A DNA stretch of 63,807 bases, counting the filler, from Reclinomonas americana ATCC 50394 (Eukaryota), in NCBI GenBank assembly GCA_048213135.1. It is 11 parts of 11 records of this genome, joined end to end, with 100 filler letters (N's around TTAATTAATTAA, not from the genome) between each part and the next. Parts side by side here need not be neighbours in the genome. Positions count along the whole stretch, not along the records: positions 60,162 to 63,807 come from AFZH01022223.1; 10 more parts are not named here. The stretch is one strand, 5' to 3'. The notes below the pieces were generated by a model that saw only the letters and a list, made by a program, of their open reading frames with translations, did not search any database and was not told the DNA's origin. Positions 60,425-63,807 of this stretch are shown here, piece by piece. The translations under genes were made by a program, and so were the position numbers. Each line of letters starts with the position of its first letter. The stretch's first letter is position 1.

Positions 60425-63400
60425 ATGAGCGCGCCCGAGCCGCCGGCTGTTCCCGTGCGGGCTCCTCCTCCACTGCCGCCACCTCGCACTGCCAAACCCG
60501 TGGATGCCCCGAAGGAGCCGACAGCAGGTGTTGCCGAACAGCCAGTGGCAGCCACCGGACCACACCCACTGGGAGCGTGTGTGTGGAGTCTCATGGAGAT
60601 TGTCTCGCGGGCGTACCAGACTGCCACCACGCCATCATCAACTGGCGCGCCGCATGTGGTTCTTCACCAGGCCACGGAGGAGATACTTCGAGTGGCGTAC
60701 GATTTGCGCATGGCGTCGCAACAGCTGCCGGCGAGCGCCGAGTGCGACAAGGCCATCATCTCTCAGGTGCTGTACTACATGGATGAGTACGTGCGCCGCA
60801 ACCGCGAGTTCATCTCAGGCATGGCTGCCGAAGCAGGTATGTGTATGTGTGTGTGTGTGTGTGTTCGCTTCCATGCATTCTTCCTGTGAGAGATTGAGTG
60901 TGTTCCATTGTGTTGCGTGTGTGTATGTGTGTGTGTGTCTCTCTCTCTCTCTCTCTCTCCGTGACTCTCCTCTTGTGTGCGCTTTATGCAACATCTCTGT
61001 TGTGTGAGCTGCACCACTCTGTGATGGGCACGGGGAAATGTCGGCTTGTCGTCCGGTCATCTGGAGTGACTTGGTGTTTGTTTCCTCGTCTTGTTCTCCA
61101 GCTGCGGCGGCGTCTGCTCCCGTGCTGGCTCCGCCGCCCAGCACTCGCTTTGGTACTGGCACACAGTCAGGTCAGCGGATGTTCGAGAGAGTTCTGTCTT
61201 GTTTTGTGTGCGTTCTAACTGTGTGTTTGCTGCGAAGCTGGCACCTCTGGGTCGTCGCCCGTGCCCGACGCTGGTTCGCTGGGTCGCACACTGTCGAATG
61301 GACAAGGTGCGTCTGCATGTGACTGACGAGTCTTTCATTTTATTGTCTGCTGATTCATGTGTTTAGGTGGATCGGCGCCTGCGGGAGGTTTTTTTGCGAT
61401 TCGAGTTCTGCTGTGTGTGGTTCCATTCGTTGCTGACTGTCTCCGTAGGCCCGACCAGCGTCGCATCGCTGCCTGGGTACCCGAATGGTGAGTCGTCGAT
61501 GCCGCTGTCTCGCTCGCTGCCATTGGCTGACTTTTTTCCGGTGTAGACCCTCTAAATCGCAATGGTGCCAATGTCACGCCTGGTAATGTGTCGATGAGGA
61601 ATGGCGCGACGGCTGCAGACGCTGCAGTTGTCTCCGTGGCGTCGGCTGCCAGTTCAATGGAGGGTATGGCTGCCAGTCGCGTGGCGCCCCCAAACGCCTC
61701 CAATGGCAGCGGTGCGTTGCGCTGGCTGCAGGTTACGGTTTCGGCTAGCCTGTTGAATAATGGCGTGTGTCGCACAGATGCTGCGTCGCGATCCACGAAC
61801 AAAGGGGGTCTGATCGTCCCACCGCCACCGTCAGCCACCTCTGTCAGCCAGCCCGTGGACCCTCGCGCTCAACCGCTGCAGCAACCACCCGGCGATCAAC
61901 GACGAGTGCAGCGTGCGCCGACGGAGTCTGAAGACTGCCCCGTGTCTGGCCTGCCGAATCTCGGGTACGCACCCCCTCATGAGTGTCGCCGTCCCTACGT
62001 GCGTTGAAATCGTGTTTCGTGTAGGAATACGTGCTTCATCAATTCGCTTCTGGAGTGTCTGCGCTTCACTCCAACCTTCCGCCAGCGCTTGGAGCGCTTT
62101 GTGACCGAAGGCAGACGGGAACTGGTGTTGGACTCGTTGCCGGCATCGTCGATCCATGCACTGCGCGTCTTGGTGGTTCGTGGTGAACTGGCTTGCATAT
62201 TTGTTCGCCTGCATGTCGTCACCCTCGTCATATCTATCGCAGTGCTTGCACAACTTGTTCACGGCGCTTGACTCGCGCGACAACGACACTGTGCGGTTGC
62301 GCGTGGAGGTAGCTACCGTCTCTGCAGCTCTTCTGTCAAGTATCTTGTATTATTCACTGGAACTCGATTGCGATGCGCAGGAGCTGTTGGTGCAGACGGG
62401 CATTGCCGAAGGTCACGGTTCACACTTCCGTCTGTTTGGGTCGCGTATTGAGCAGGACGATCCTGGATGGTTCCTGACTGAGGTCTGCGCACGTCCACGC
62501 AGCACTTCTCGTGATGCAGCTGTCGCCTAACTCGCACTTGCTCGTGTTCGCCGTAGCACATTGTGCCAGCGACGGCGGGTGGGTGACTGCGGTCACAATG
62601 TGTGTGCTTGGCAACTCGGAATCTAATTCCCATGTTGTTGCGCAGTGTTCCCTCAAGCTGAGTTGCAGCACGTGTTCCAGTGCTCTGTCGAATTCCGCTC
62701 GACGTGTATAGTTACTGCTCTCCTGTGCCGTGTGCTGCACTCAACAAGATGTTGACGCACGCTCCTTTCACTGCGGCTGTCACAGAACTGCATGTGTGAA
62801 CCTCGAGTCGACGCACAGCCGCAGCTCGAGGTTGTGATTGATGTGATGCAGTTGCGGCAGGCCGGAGCCATCCACGATGCGTTGCGAGCGTCCATGGTGG
62901 GAGACCGACAAGTTGTCAAGAATGGAATTACGTGCCGCACACCCATCTGCAAGTTCCAAGGCTACAAGGTGTGTTTCGATCCATTCTATTACCCTTCTCA
63001 TTTCCTCTCTTTGCCATTGACTTCATGCTTCTTCTTGTTCCCCTGTGAAGGTGGACTCGATCGAGGAGTCCGTGTGGCGACTGCCGGAGAGCGCGTTGAT
63101 TGTGCGCGTCGACTGGCGCTCACTGGGGAACAGGTCCTCCAAGGGCTTCCCGTTGCAGTTAGACCACCAGTTCCCCTTTGTTGTGGGTGGTGACCGTGTT
63201 CTGCTATCGTTGCAGTCGTTGATTGTGAGTTGACGAAGAGTCGAGAGGTGTGACTCGTGCGTGCTTGTTACTCATAAAGAACAACAGCTACACTCTGGCC
63301 ACAGCACGGATCGCGGCCACTACATGATGATGACGCAACTACAGTGGCCAGTTGCGTTGCTGCCCTTGTTAATTCAGAATGTGCACATTCCGACATTGCA

Positions 63401-63568
63401 CGTGTGCAGCACATTGGTCCGGTGTGGGTCCTCTTCGACGACAGCGACGTTAAGTTTGCCGAAGCCGGTGCCGTGCTCCGTCTGACACAGGGCGACGGCC
63501 TACGCGGCAACTGGCGACCAATCATGGTCTTCTATTCCATCCACCGTGAGGCTGCGCCACCGACCTGA
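60425..63568 (+). CDS. Ubiquitin-specific protease with long N-terminal extension
   Basis: GLPNLG|NTCFINSLLECL; QDDPGWFL; HSGHSTDRGHY; WVLFDDSDV; PIMVFY. Linkage of N-terminal exons is inferred. Confidence 0.85.
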
Positions 63569-63807
63569 AGACCACAGTCAGAATATTATCGGATAGGAGC
63601 GCTCCCGTCCGCGTTCTTAGTATCCTCCGTCTCTCATCAGTATAAAAAAAGCAAGGAATGGGGAGCAGTCAGTCGCGTCCGACCTCATCCTCTGCCTCCG
63701 GCCCAGCCACCACGGTGCCTGTCTACACAAGCAACGCAGCGGCTCTGGGTGCCACCTCCGCAGCCATTGCTCAGCGCCGTCTCGCCGCTCATCCTCCCCC
63801 TCAGCAA

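Overview
Eukaryotic (intron-rich, probably protist) genomic scaffold. It consists of 11 contigs joined by artificial 100-nt spacers (N-TTAATTAATTAA-N). At least three genes read correctly across spacers, so most contigs are in true order. Introns are mostly about 55-90 nt GT-AG, and I saw no sign of a non-standard genetic code. Contents: (1) a family of 7-blade WD40 genes with a 4-codon first exon, near-identical repeats with hypervariable surface positions, and a lesion in every near-complete copy; (2) a roughly 28.6-kb minus-strand polycystin-1-like receptor gene (signal peptide, six NHL beta-propellers each nested inside a split FN3-like domain, EGF, Ig-like repeats, FN3, REJ, GAIN/GPS, about 5 TM, no channel domain); (3) a secreted lectin-like/STIG1-like Cys-repeat protein, the 3' end of a neutral ceramidase, an ankyrin gene and neurochondrin; (4) a ubiquitin-system cluster (UBE2H/Ubc8, three divergent RBR-type E3s, three related USP deubiquitinases, a WD40 protein) and an EGF-repeat secreted protein. 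Manual splicing also shows a recurrent atypical 5' splice-site class, GTTGCG(T), in five unrelated genes. All gene models were spliced by eye and family calls come from motif recognition, not database searches. Internal exon boundaries are approximate unless stated.
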